A DNA stretch of 64,000 nucleotides. It comes from Podarcis tiliguerta. Taxonomy: Eukaryota. Position 1 is the stretch's first letter. Every line of letters begins with the position of its first letter. The DNA lies in the NCBI GenBank assembly GCA_965153285.1, contig OZ229115.1; one strand, given 5' to 3'. The position numbers and the translations under genes were made by a program. Shown here piece after piece: positions 12,458 to 24,642 of the stretch. Below the pieces are notes generated by a model that saw only the letters and a list, made by a program, of their open reading frames with translations, was not told the DNA's origin and ran no database searches.

Positions 12458-12553
12458 AGTAGCACCTTAGAGACCAACTAAGTTGGTGCATAGTATGCAT
12501 GCACACAAAAGTTCATACCAATAACAAACTTAGTTGGTCTCTAAGGTGCTACT
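12458..12553. mobile_element. Short fold-back element with perfect 27-bp inverted arms (Penelope-like remnant)
   Basis: AGTAGCACCTTAGAGACCAACTAAGTT (12458-12484) and its exact reverse complement (12527-12553). Family assignment is by resemblance only. Confidence 0.7.
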
Positions 12554-12710
12554 CAGATTATCAAGAGGAAGAATCTGCTTTGACCTCTAATATGCATCAT
12601 ATTAACATTCACCATGGAATGTATCCACTTCATTTTAAAGACTGTTGAGACTCTTTGAGAAACTGGCAAGATGACCACAATAGCCCTGGGCTCCTTTGGA
12701 AGGAAGGGTA

Positions 12711-12711
<1 letters not shown>

Positions 12712-12756
<45 letters not shown>
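12712..12756. repeat. (AAT)n microsatellite at the tail of a retroelement fragment
   Basis: About 15 AAT units after an L2/SINE-like 3' end. Confidence 0.95.
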
Positions 12757-12757
<1 letters not shown>

Positions 12758-14881
12758 TCATTTTCCTTACAAAAGTGACCCCAAACAACTTACATTAAAA
12801 CAAAATAATAATAATGTAAAAAGAAAAACTCAGGTCTTGTGAGGTGAGTAAGCATGTCACATTATATATTTATCTAACAACATTTATATATCACTAAGTG
12901 GGGTTGCTGCTGCTGCTGCCAGTTTTGACCTGGTCTTGCTGTTCTTAGGGTTGCTATGTATCTGACTTCACAAAGGACCATCACCTGAAGAACTGTCTGG
13001 TCCAAGTCCAGATTAAAAATTGGGGGTAGGATCCAACTAAAGTGTCCTGACAAGAGATGCCCAGTGCAAGAACTTCCACTTGTTCTATGGGGCTTTCCCC
13101 ATTCTCCTCTGCCCATACACCTCCTGAAATTGGCTCTGCAGGGAGATCAGACGAATCCCCAGAATGGCATGCAAGGAGAGGAAAGGGGATCATTCCTTCT
13201 GGCAGGCTGAAATGCTTCCCCTGACAGAATGACCTCTGCAGTATCCTTCAAGTTGCCCACCGGCATTTAGCATCTAGACAGTAGACTGAAAAGGTGCCTG
13301 ATCACTGTTCCCCACAATTATGAGGTGTATTGTGGTAATTATTTCTAAATTTGCATCTATGACTATCAATTTGCATGTACAAATCCCATGCAAATCTTTG
13401 ACCTCTTTTTTGGGCGTTGCCCAGATAGTCACCCTAGTTCTTGCTGTGTGTAGATACATTTCCCTTTAAATTTAAAACGAATGAATACATACAGTTGGGA
13501 AATGGCCACTTTTTCAGGTTGCAAGGCTATTCTGGATAGTAGGCCCCATTGAACTTAATGGGACTTTCTTCTGAGTAAACATGCCTAGTTGCACTGTTTA
13601 AATACCACTTAGAGGTGAGCCAGCCAGAATCAAGTGCTGAAACTCTGATGGTCAAGCGATCAGTTCTGATGCAGTGCCAACATTGCCATGAAAGAGAATG
13701 GCACATGAAAGCAGAGAAAGTGAGGAAGATAAATTAGAACAGAAGAACATGGTCCAGGATGAAAAATACATCTGGCATTTCTGTTCATTGAGGATACACA
13801 ACATTTCTGCAATGCCATTGCTAGGGTTCTGTGTTACCTGAGTTCTAATAGGCAATAATTCCTTGCATGAGATCTCCAGTCCTTCAGCTACTCTAGCAGA
13901 GCCTGCCATGCTTCTTTCAGGTTTGTAGTGGAGCAATAAATGGATATAAATTCCCTCTGGGAGGTTGAGGTGGGGTGAGAGAAAATATGTTCCTCCTACT
14001 GCAGTGCAGTGGATTCTTTTAATCTTTAGAGCTTCCTTTGGGGACACCTTCGGCACGCACACGAGTCCAGTATAGGATTTTTGTATCCCAATTCTTCTCC
14101 CTCTCCCTGCTGTCCTGCTCAGAATCAGAGTGGCCTAATTTGCATGTGCAAATGGACTGCTAACTCTTCGGATCAGAAATTTTAACAGTATTTTCTGTGA
14201 CTTGCTTTTTGTTTTTTCTTGGCATTTGGCCCAGACCTTTGGGGAAGGATAGATGGACCTGATCTCATGTCAGGAAAAAAGTGATGCTCTTTGAAATTAT
14301 TATGATGCTTTCTGATGACAAAACTAGAATAAGAAATTGAGATGTGAGTACTATTTTGACTCTGCAAAAGCCCTGTTGATCATGTACCAATCTTCACATG
14401 CATTCCTTAAGGTTTCCATTTGTAGTCATGTTCATGCAGGATTTAAGGCACTTGGATGTGACTTGTTCTCAGTCTATTAATGATGCTTTTTGACTGCAAA
14501 ACCTAAGTGCAAGTGGTAGAATTAGGACTATGCCACTAGATGCATGAGGTACTAACCACAACTAATTGTGTTCATTTTATCTAATTATAAATATGTGGCT
14601 AGTGAAGAAGAGTCAGAGTTGGAACATGTTTGGCTGCTTCATTATTAAGGAGCACTTGTTTTGACATGCTTCATTGGGCATTGGGCCTTCATAAGGTTAT
14701 AAGAGTGCAGTTTTAATAATCTATGTAAAAAAAAATGAACTGAAATAAATAAATGCTTCCATGCCTACTTCATCATATGTAAGAAGCTATTTCTCAGTGT
14801 CGTTCTTAGTACTCTGTCAAATAGTGTAGAGCAACTATCATTGTGCCTGTATTTTTTCAGTGATCCTCAAGAGTAGCCAAG

Positions 14882-15092
14882 ATGACTTGGAACCTCTTCA
14901 AGAAGAAGCCCCAGCCGGAGCCCATCATAGCTGTTACCCCGGGCACTGCGGCACCCCATATCGCTACCACAACGTCGGCACCAGCAGTGTCAATGGACAA
15001 CACGACACAGCCTTCAGGCCCAGTAGAGAGCCAGGAGGATGTCTTTGCCAAGATTAAAGAAAAGTTCATGAACGAGATAAACAAGATTCCCT
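14882..15092 (+). CDS. SYT2: Synaptotagmin-2 coding exon 1 (luminal N-terminus)
   Basis: Acceptor TTTTTTCAG at 14860, ATG in AAGATG context. Encodes MTWNLFKKKPQPEP...DNTTQ...EDVFAKIKEKFMNEINKIP. Donor GTAAGT at 15093, phase 1. Confidence 0.96.
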
Positions 15093-15434
15093 GTAAGTAG
15101 CTTGCATATGCTGCCCCTTTTTTGGAGACTTTGCAGAAATGTTCTGCTTGCTCCATTACTGCAGTTTCTAAACCTGTTTGTAGAATGCAAAGGGCTGGGC
15201 TGGCACCAAGCCTGAATTCCCTCCTGGCAGAAGACTACTTGTGGGCAATTAACTACTTGTGGGATAAATGACAATGATGTATACTCAGAACATCCTTGTG
15301 GTACAGGCCAAAGTGTTTAAGGCTTTGCAACGTTGTAGGTGCTTTGTGGGCTGAACACAAGGGTTAAAATGGGCACCTGATGTCATTGCAACATCAGGTG
15401 TTGGAGAGGTCAAGTTTGGCCCACTGGGGGTTGA

Positions 15435-15600
15435 GGAGATGATGTTCTGGCCCTCAGACCAGATCCAGTTCCCCACGCTTGCTCTAGGTATTGTTGGACT
15501 GCAATTCCTATCATTCATGACCATTGACCATGTTGGCTGCGGATGACGGGAACTGGAGTCTTAACAGCATCTGGAGAACCACAAGTTCCTCATCCCTGAC
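15435..15600. mobile_element. Non-autonomous DNA transposon/MITE remnant (GTTGGACTACAACTCCCATCATCC-type)
   Basis: Semi-palindromic motif. Related degraded copies at ~21985-22085, 37015-37100, 42955-43075 and 57735-57830. Confidence 0.55.
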
Positions 15601-16249
15601 TTAGTCAACCTTATTCAGGAACATTACTGAATGGTTTTCTGCTTTAAAAAAGAGCTTTATTGAAAAATATGTGTGGTTTGCGGAAGGAAAGAGACTAAGA
15701 AAATAATTGTGTTTTTAAAAAAGAAAAAGAGAGAGAAATTACACTCTATATTTAATGGAAAGCATATTGATTTTTAGCCTTTAAGAAGCCACCTGGAAGG
15801 ATGAGACTTATAACAGAACTGTTGACAGGAAATGTTGTATCCATAGCATTTTCATAGGATAGGAATGGTCATTGCTTCATAGGGCTGCCCCTGTATGCAG
15901 GTCAACATCTGAAAACCCATGGTCAAAAGTGCAGCAGGTAGGGGTGGTGTCCTTTAAGTCATGGCATCTAAATAATGGAATGCCTGTCAGTATGCAGCAG
16001 CAAGCATTGCAAATTATTACTTTTAGTTTTGTGCTTTTTTTAAAAAAAAAATTAAAATGGAGGTGACTTTAGAAGTGGTGCTGGTGGGAATCCTGGACCC
16101 AACAATCAGGGTACAAGTTAATTACCCTTGGAATAACTAAATACATTTCCTGGGTTGTGAGTAGTATGACCTATGCTTGCATTTCAGGCACTCGGCCATC
16201 CCAGTAAATTCCGCTATAACTGTGCAATGAGAGTGTTTTGTATTTTCAG

Positions 16250-16410
16250 TGCCGCCTTGGGCCCTGATTGCCATTGCTGTAGTTGCTGGGCTGCTGATCC
16301 TCACCTGTTGCTTTTGCATCTGCAAGAAATGCTGCTGCAAGAAGAAGAAGAACAAGAAGGACAAAAAGGGGATGAAAAACGCAATGAACATGAAAGACAT
16401 GAAAGGCCAG
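16250..16410 (+). CDS. SYT2: SYT2 coding exon 2 (TM helix, Cys cluster, polybasic linker)
   Basis: TTTTCAG acceptor, GTAAAA donor. (L)[53 protein letters not shown]. 161 nt completes phase 1. Confidence 0.97.
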
Positions 16411-17935
16411 GTAAAATGACACCTCCTGGGAGAGGATCGGTTATGATGCTGCAGTTAGCATGATGCGGTGAGGACTTGCTTGTGCTTTTGGCGGGATGAA
16501 AATCGGATGTACAAGCAAAGAGTTCAGTTCTTTTTTTATGCAGGGAGTGCATGAGAGCCCCAACCAGGTAGGGCCAGCAGTGAGATTTGAAATTGGCCCT
16601 TCATTGCTTGTAGCAGCAGCAGCCTTAAGATAAAAGATTGACCATCGAAATGCAAGCCTTGATATTAGTCAGGGTAGTTTGCAACCCATCCCTAAAACCT
16701 GTCTGTGTAGAAGTAAAGCTCACAGAGTTCCTCTTTGCTATGAGGACTTACCTGCATCAAACAGAAGACCAGTAGCTCTCAGGATCAAGATATCCAGCCT
16801 TTCTGGTGCATAAAAAATATACATATGCTGGATGGTTAAAAAAAAAAAGCATTATGCTTCTCATGTGAGTATGTTTTTGATGGGCAGATCCTTAGTTATA
16901 ATGTATATTCCAGCTTTTCTAGGAAGTGCTGTTGGGCAAACCCTACTGGACATGAATGGGAGCTACGCAAGACTTAGAGTAGTGGATAATATTCTGTTTA
17001 AAAGGGGGAAGTTAAGTAGATTATGGTTCTATCAGCATTATAGTATTTTGTAGTAGATTTTCCTGTGAGCCTTATCTACAGCCTGCAATGCACTAGAAGT
17101 CAATGGAAGGTAGGAATACATACCTTTTCTCCCACCAGCAATGGTGACTTCTCTTGTCCAGTACCTGCAGATGAAAAATATTAAAGGCCACAAAAGCACT
17201 AGAGGATCTGAAAGGGTGTTGCTCCCAGGAAGTATTGTGTACAAAACAGTCAATAAATCCCAGCTCATAAAAGTGTCTGGTGCAGCGTCCCACCTGATGC
17301 CACCATCACACCAATCCCCCCCCCCCCTTCTTACTGCTCAGGGTTATAATGTTTGCTTTGCTGGCAGCAATCAAACTAACTCAGCAGCAAATCCCATTAG
17401 CAGTTAAAGATAGACAAACCTGTGAAACTCTGGAAGGTTTTATGGGCACTAAATTCTTCTCCCATATTGGAGACTTTTGATTTGGTAACTTGGGTAGCAG
17501 GCTCAGAAATGGGACTTTTATAGCCCATATTGCTGGAACTCTTTCTCTCTCTGTTAATGAGGCTATTTGCATGAGGTGCTTTAATGAAGCACAGCCCAGA
17601 GGTGCCTAGTCATCCAGATCCCTCTGCTGTGTGCTGAGATTCTGCATGTAATGAAGGGAGGATGGAGAAGAGATGTCACAAAGCTTTCCTCATGATTCTC
17701 CGCCTTGAGTCACTTCTCTTGCCAAATCCAACAGTGGAAGATTTGGATGTCATTAACTGGTTGTGTTTCCAGAGACACTGGAAAATGAGGAAAGCTGGGC
17801 CAAGGCTAAACAGTTAAATTCCTTGAGGCATTTCAGCATTGTTGGTAGCAGGACCCAGAAAATGCATGCAAAACCAAGATAACAAATTACTAAGACAACA
17901 CCCTCTTCCTTGCAACTAGGCAGTCTGGAATAATG

Positions 17936-18140
17936 GAAAGGACATAGCTCAGTAAAAGAGTGTGCATGCTTTGCATGTAGAACATCCCAGGTTTGATCCC
18001 CAGCATGTTCGCTTAAAAAAAGGGATTGGGTAGCAGACAATGAGAAAGATATCTGTCTGAGACATTGGAGAGCTGCTGTCAGGCAAGGGACCAGGATAGA
18101 TGGGGAAATAATCTGACCAGGTATAAATTGCCTTCCTAAT
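17936..18140 (+). mobile_element. tRNA-derived SINE with CR1-like tail (Squam2-like), degraded
   Basis: CATAGCTCAGT box A, CCCAGGTTTGATCCCCAGCAT box B, GGAGAGCTGCTGTCAG core. Second copy ~31900-32072. Confidence 0.65.
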
Positions 18141-18387
18141 AGAAGTGATCTGGTGGTTTTGTGCTTCATTTAGAGTCCCAAGTGAAAGGTTGACATTCAT
18201 CATTTTAGCCTGGTACCTAGCCCACTTCAGACATTTGAAAGGAATGATGGGAAGCTGAACGACTCCTCTTGCTTTTGGACATCATACGCAGAAGGAGGAT
18301 GTGCATCCTGAACATGGGACAGAGCAGTCACCTTCCTCCCTCTCACTTCCCACAAGACCTGGACATGTTTTCTAGGTTAAGAACACC

Positions 18388-18965
18388 AGAAGAGCCTATT
18401 GGATCTAAGCCAATAGTCCATCAGATCCAAGAGCCTGTTCTCACAGTGGCCACCCAGGGGCAAGAGCATGGTCTGTTCTGAGGTTTCCAGCAACTGGTAT
18501 TCCTGAGCATTACTGCCTCTGACCATGGAAGGCTAGCAGTCAGTCTCAGCTCTAAGGCTCCTTACTCATGGCAAGGCAACTATGCCTTCCCTGCTAGCTT
18601 CATTATTGTGTAACTTCCCAGTGTAACCACTAATGGGCGTGCCATTAGTGTAACCACATTGCCTAATGCAAAGCCAAGTGTGGGGTGGGGCGATGGACTT
18701 GCGTGGTTCTTTCCACCTTATTAATACATGCATGCTCCATCCTGGGATTGTACTCGGTAGTTAGGGAAACTATTGGACTTGCGTGGTTCTTTCCACCTTA
18801 TTAATACATGCATGCTCCATCCTGGGATTGTACTCGGTAGTTAGGGAAACTATTGCAACAGAGCCTGCTGGATCATGCCAGTGGCCCGTCTCGTCCAGCA
18901 TCTTGTTCTTACATTGGCCAACCAGATGCCTGTGGGAAACCCACAAGCAGCACCTGAGCACAACC
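18388..18965 (-). mobile_element. Two CR1-type 3'-end fragments (~18388-18535 and ~18858-18965)
   Basis: AGAGCCTGCTGGATCA..TCCAGCATC.TGTTCT.ACA.TGGCCAACCAGATGCCT motif; a third copy at ~27350-27580. Confidence 0.6.
18694..18853. repeat. Perfect 80-bp tandem duplication
   Basis: 18694-18773 is identical to 18774-18853. Confidence 0.95.
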
Positions 18966-19389
18966 ACCACCACTGGAATTCAACTATTCTGTAATCCTCT
19001 GATTTTATTAAATTTGGGTTTCCCATTGCTGATTAACTTGAGCAAATGTTTGAGCAAATATTAATTGCAGTATTCAGGATTTTCAGACAGGAAGGATAGA
19101 TTAGATGTCAATGCCTAGATGCATCAGTTAATTGAGACATAAAAACCTCTGGAAAAATGCTTCCCTAGCAAGTAGGATAACTTGTGTAAGGATAACATAA
19201 AAAGGCACAGTTCTGTTGAATGTGTTTGATGCAGAAATCTGCCCCGAGTCTCTGGTCATAGTAAGAGCCATTTACTAAATGGGTACAACATAAGATTTTC
19301 CTACATATCTTCTAGCTGAGCTACACCAGTCACAAATGTGTAGCTGTCATTGTGCTGGGGGAACTGAACTCTGTTGTGCAGAACTCAGT

Positions 19390-19692
19390 GGCCTGGTTTG
19401 CACATCACACTAAGGCAAATCATGGGTTAGTGTGATTGCATGGTCTTCTGGAGAGGAGAGTGCAAGTGCTTCACTCTTCCCTGGGTTATTTTGCTGCTCC
19501 CCAAATGAACCATGAGCCATAAGCTATAGGACAAGCCTTGGTTACCATTCATGAGTAGTCTGGAGATAGTTAAACCATGAGTCCTGGTGCAACAGCAAAA
19601 TGCCTGGGGAAGAGCAAAGTGTCAATGAGTGTAACTATCTTTACAATAGTTCCCACATTTGGGCTAAGCCATAGTTTTATGCAAACCAGGCC
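19390..19692. mobile_element. PIF/Harbinger-like MITE (303 bp)
   Basis: 13-bp TIRs GGCCTGGTTTGCA / TGCAAACCAGGCC with 3-bp TSD AGT. Relatives at ~22270-22391, ~23862-24260 and ~55370-55620. Confidence 0.7.
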
Positions 19693-22600
19693 AGTGACTG
19701 TATATCTTCTGCTTCAAACAGAGGATGAATGCCAATAGCAACAGACAGTATTGGAGCTTTTTCTGTCTATAAGTCTCTGGAAGCACTAGACCGCACCCTC
19801 TTAGCAGGATCATTACAACAGCTATGTGTCTTTTCTTTGCATTTTATTTTTTGTTCTTTGTTGTTGTTCTAGAAGCAGGGACAAATATGCAGTCCCTAAG
19901 TTACTAATGTGCATAGAAAGTCATGTTTTCTCTTTCTCTCTGTCTTTCTCTTTTCCCCTATGTACTTCTGTGCTTTTCAGGTTCCAGAGAAATCCAGGTC
20001 CAGTAGTTACCTTCATTCAGTTTTGTGAGACAATTTACAATAAAGCGGGGAGAAGAAATTGGCTGGTTCAAAACACACAGTGGCAAATTACCTTGTTTGC
20101 ACCCTTCTAAGCAAAATGAACATGAGTGCAGATACAGCGTTGTCACAAGGGACAAAATGCACAACAGGTTTTTTTAAAAAAAGAAGCAACCCCAGAATGG
20201 CAACTTCTGTTTTGAAGGAAAAGCTCCCAGTCCACTTTGAGGGCCCATGCAATTTTCAGCAAACAAGACCTGCAGTGGGAAATTACAACCAGGGGTGTGG
20301 CTTCCAGTGCGAAATTGGTGCATGGTCCCAATTTGGATCAGGAACATGATCTGAGTCAGCTTCCCACACAGATGCTTTTCTTTCAAACTGAAGCGACTGG
20401 TTTAATGTAATGTGTAGTTAGTCCTTCACCCCACCCCCCAAAATGGTTTCTTGAAATTGTAATTGCCCAATCCCCCATACAGCATACATTTTGAAGGTAT
20501 GGAGTCTGTGGTTTCTCAGGAGCACTAGGTGTTGTTGATGATGTGTGCAGTTTTTGTCTCTATAATGCCCTTCTCTTCCTTCTCTGTGCTCTCGTTGCTC
20601 TCCTTCTGTGTTGTTCTGTCTCCATCTTATCTGACTAACCTGGATGTCAACTCACGGTAGGTCCTGATGCAAACATCGCTTCCCTTTTAGGCTTAAAGGG
20701 ACAAGGGAAGAGGGTTTAACTAACACACAGTTCAAAGTTCTACGCAGGCTTTGTTAAGATGGTGGAGTTAATTGTGATATGGGACTTATACTGGGGAAGG
20801 TAAACAAATTTTTCTTACAAATTTTTGGTTAAGGGGACATTAAATTCCTGCAAATCTACCCAGTTGTAAATGAGGTTGAGTGCAAAGTCTGTTTTGTGTT
20901 AATTGTTGGATAATGTGCATCATCAAATGAGTGTTTTAGCAGATCAGTTTCTCTGTCAAGACAACAGACTTGTCCATACTGCCGCTTGGCCTGTGCCTGA
21001 GCTGAGCGGTTTTCCGCTTGCTCCTTTCCCAGGGAAATAGTGCTCTTTAGCTTTAAATCGGAGCAAACAGCAATATGTGGAAAACCCAATTGCAGTTTGC
21101 TCTGATTAAGCAGTAAAGGTCAGGGGGGAAGCAGTGGGACAAGAAAGTGTGTGGATAAACTCCACAAGGCGAAATGAAACTCTGAATTTGCATGTGTCAG
21201 TGACCTGATTGTGTTTTCAAGAATTTTGTGGGGAAGGAACTAGTTTGAAAATATACAGTACATTTGACCAAGTTAGATCAATGTATTTCGTTTTAAATAC
21301 GTGAATTGCTTGAACGATTAACATGTACATTGAGAGTATGTATGCATGCATACAAATGTGTGAGTGTTCCAGTCCCATTTGTTTTATGCAAGGTACAAAA
21401 GGAGAACATTGGATTTAGGTGAAGCCCCTGTTTCATTTCCTAGGCACCAATCCCTTAGTGAACCCCAGCCACCCTCTCATTAAAGCTACTGAACAGCCAG
21501 GCTCCTCCCCCTGCTGTATCATGGCAACCCCACCTCCCATAATCCTCTTGCCATAGATTGGTCCCCTTTGTACACAAACCAGATAACAACAGTTCCATTG
21601 CTTACACTGTTCTCCTTGAAATCTCTCAGAGTTCACAGTTGCCGGAAATCTAATCTTTATATTCTGAAAGTCAGAGCATTCAGCATTTATGCAGAAGATT
21701 ACTGAGGTGTTAAATTTATGTAGCAGCTTATCAATATATAGACTGGGCAGCTTACAAGCAAATCAATATTAAATACAGCATGTAATAATAAAAATCAACA
21801 CTAAGAAATTTCAGGCATCCAAAAAATAGACTTTTATTTGCAACAGAAACAACAGAAACCGTTTACAAACCAGAGTAAACTTCACTGGCCACAATAGCCC
21901 AAGGTTAGTTTAAAGTGCAATTAACAATAGTCGTAACTGAACGGTGGGTTCTGTCTCTTCCTTCCCCTAAATCTGCTATCCAATAGACCTGTGGCTCTCC
22001 AGATAAAGCGGGACTCTCATCTCTCATCCCTGACCATTGTCTGGGATTGATGATGTGAGTTCATCAACATTTGGATGGCCTCAGGCCTATAATCTCTGTA
22101 GTAGATTATGATGATTAATTCATTAATCCCTCCAAGGCAATAGACAGTTAAATAAAAATATGCAATAAAAACACCACATAAAACAGAACAAAACCATTAC
22201 TAACAAAGTGGAATTTTAAATCCATCAAAATCCAGGTGCTACTGGATTGGCGCTACTGCAGGTGCCACATAATGCCAAACCTCAGCAGGGAGCAAGAAGG
22301 ACCAGGGAGGAGGAAAGTGGTTGTGAGCTCAACATGTTCACACCTTCACATCAAGCCATGGTTTGGCTTATTGTGACATGTGAACCAGGCCACCATCTGC
22401 CTTCGTTTCTTTTGCCAAAATTTGTGTTCCTTTTTGTTCTCTTCCTTTGGCGAAGGCTTCCATTTTCTGAAGGAAGCCTTCTGGATAGCTTCCTTGACTC
22501 TGCTGGCCTCCTCGTTGCTCCGGGGGCATCTTTCCTGATCTGTATGCAGTCTAGCTGAGCTTCTAGTTTTGGACAATCCTTACGCCCAAGAATTTTAGAT

Positions 22601-23125
22601 AGTTTTGACACCTCTTGACTTTCCCTTTCAACTTCCCTTTTTACCAATCCCCTCATTTTGGGGGAATTTCCTCCTTCAAAGTTGGGCTTTGCCCACTGAT
22701 ATATATGTTGACTTTTTCACCACTGCGGTTACTGTTACTATCTGGTCCAACAACCCTTATATCTTGTACCAGGTTCTGGGCACCACTTAAGATTAAGTCC
22801 AGGACCATCACCCCTCTACCCAACTTTTCAATGATTCCGTCATTTAGGGTATCTAGAAATTTTTAACTCTTTGTCGTGACTGGAATAAACATGTGCCCAG
22901 CCTGTGTGGTGATGACTGAAGTCAGAGAGAGACCCAAAATTATGAGCAAAATACTGATAAGGAACCTTAGGCTCCCCTTTCGCCAACTCTCCTTTTCCTA
23001 CTCCTGAAGTAACGCTTTATAGATTATGTACATGCATTTCAGTTCTTAGGCAAGGTATGGGAGAAAGGATAAGCATGTGTGAAGGGGAACTAGGTTCTCA
23101 GTGCATGGTATTGCTTCTCTTCCAG

Positions 23126-23254
23126 GACAAACAGGATGATGACGATGATGATGAAGAAGAAGGGGAAGGGGAGGGGGAACAGGAAGAGGAGAAGGAACCA
23201 GAGAACCTGGGCAAGCTGCAGTTCTCCCTAGACTATGACTTCCAGGCTAACCAG
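23126..23254 (+). CDS. SYT2: SYT2 coding exon 3 (acidic linker, start of C2A); alternative start at 23135
   Basis: (DKQ)[40 protein letters not shown]. Acceptors CAG ending 23125 and 23134; donor GTAAGG. Confidence 0.96.
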
Positions 23255-24642
23255 GTAAGGCACCCAAATGAATAGGTGGGGCGAGAGAGAAGGGGAAAGG
23301 CTATGCACCCAAAGCTGTTGGAGAGATGTCACCCAGAGGGAGAGCAATGATAGCAGAAGCAGTTAACACAGTTGGTAGCTGTGTGTTATTTAGCCACACA
23401 TGTCAGAGAGCCTCAGTGCCATTTTGATTTTGAGGGAAAGCTGCTTCAGCGAGATGGCAGTATTTGTTGAGAAGCAGTATATGTGAAAGAGAAGCTTTGC
23501 TCTTTCCCTGCCCGCAGCTTTTCCACTACAGGCCCCCCTAAAGCTGATTTTTACCCTCACAAATGTACCAGGTGAAGGAGCTTGTGTGTGTGAAGGAAGA
23601 GTTATTTGGAGCAGGGAAGTTGAGGTTAGGAAAAGATTAAACATCCCCTTCTCTCATTCCAAATTCTCTCTCCACACTCTGCTTTTCCTTTGAAAATAGT
23701 GGCATGCAATTTTATGCTCTTTTTCTTTTACAAACCAGGTGATGGAATAATGGTACTTTCCCAGTATACTTTTATTTGTAAGAAGTAATGAGAATGGCTA
23801 TCTCTTGATGGTTAATGGGATAATCAGCTTCATGGGCATGACATAGTGGCCAATGGGTTTATAGGCCCAGTTTGTGCATGGTGCTAAGCCAAACATAATG
23901 GCTTAGCATGACAAAATGTGTAAGCTCCAGAAAAATGATGGAAGTTGCTTGGCTCCTCTGGTTGTTTTGCTGCTGCACTAGTCAAAGCCGTGGTTTGGCT
24001 TAGCGTCTTATCCAAGCCTGGCTTGCAGTTTTGGTTTCTCAACAAATAATGAGCTTTAACCAAAGTTTGCCCTGTGGTTTGCAGCTCATGATTTATCTTG
24101 GAAGGCTGAACTACAAACACAAGTTTGGGTGATATGTTAAGTGAAATCATGGCTTGGCTCAGTTTGGTAGAGCAGCAAAGCAGCCAGAAGGAATGGCCGA
24201 GATCTCTCCCAGAGACTGCTTGTTTGGGCTGAATCATGGTTTGTTTTAATGTTACAAAAGGGTAGTGTCAGTATTTATTGCAAGCAAAATGAAAAAGGGA
24301 CACATTGTTTTAGTTGCTGCTTTTCATTCTTCGTCATTATTTCACTTATTAAATTACTATACTGCCCTTCTTCCTAGGGCGGTTTACACTGTACAGTTAT
24401 GCATTTTATATATCATAGCAATAAACTAAACTAAATAAGATGGTATTGCTAGGTGAATTGAAGAATAACACCTGTGAGTGTAACACAAAAGAGCAGGACA
24501 ACGTAGGGCATCTAGCAAGAGCAGAAGGAAGGTGACAGTTCATATTAGTTCTGAGGCCAATTTCCTTCTCTATGCATTGTGCTGTTTGGCATGTGGCCTT
24601 GCAAAGCCATTTCATTTCCTAAGACCTATTTTTCCCTGACAG

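Noticed and set aside
14123-14343. Possible SYT2 5'-UTR cassette exon (pyrimidine tract-CAG ... GTGAGT)
   Set aside because: Splice-like signals only; such pairs are common in long introns and nothing else supports it.
18694-18853. CRISPR-like array
   Set aside because: Two adjacent units with no spacers in a vertebrate intron; a simple tandem duplication.
23057-23125. In-frame upstream ATG extension ([10 protein letters not shown]...) as a TM-less SYT2 start
   Set aside because: Intronic sequence ahead of a clear acceptor; no promoter evidence.
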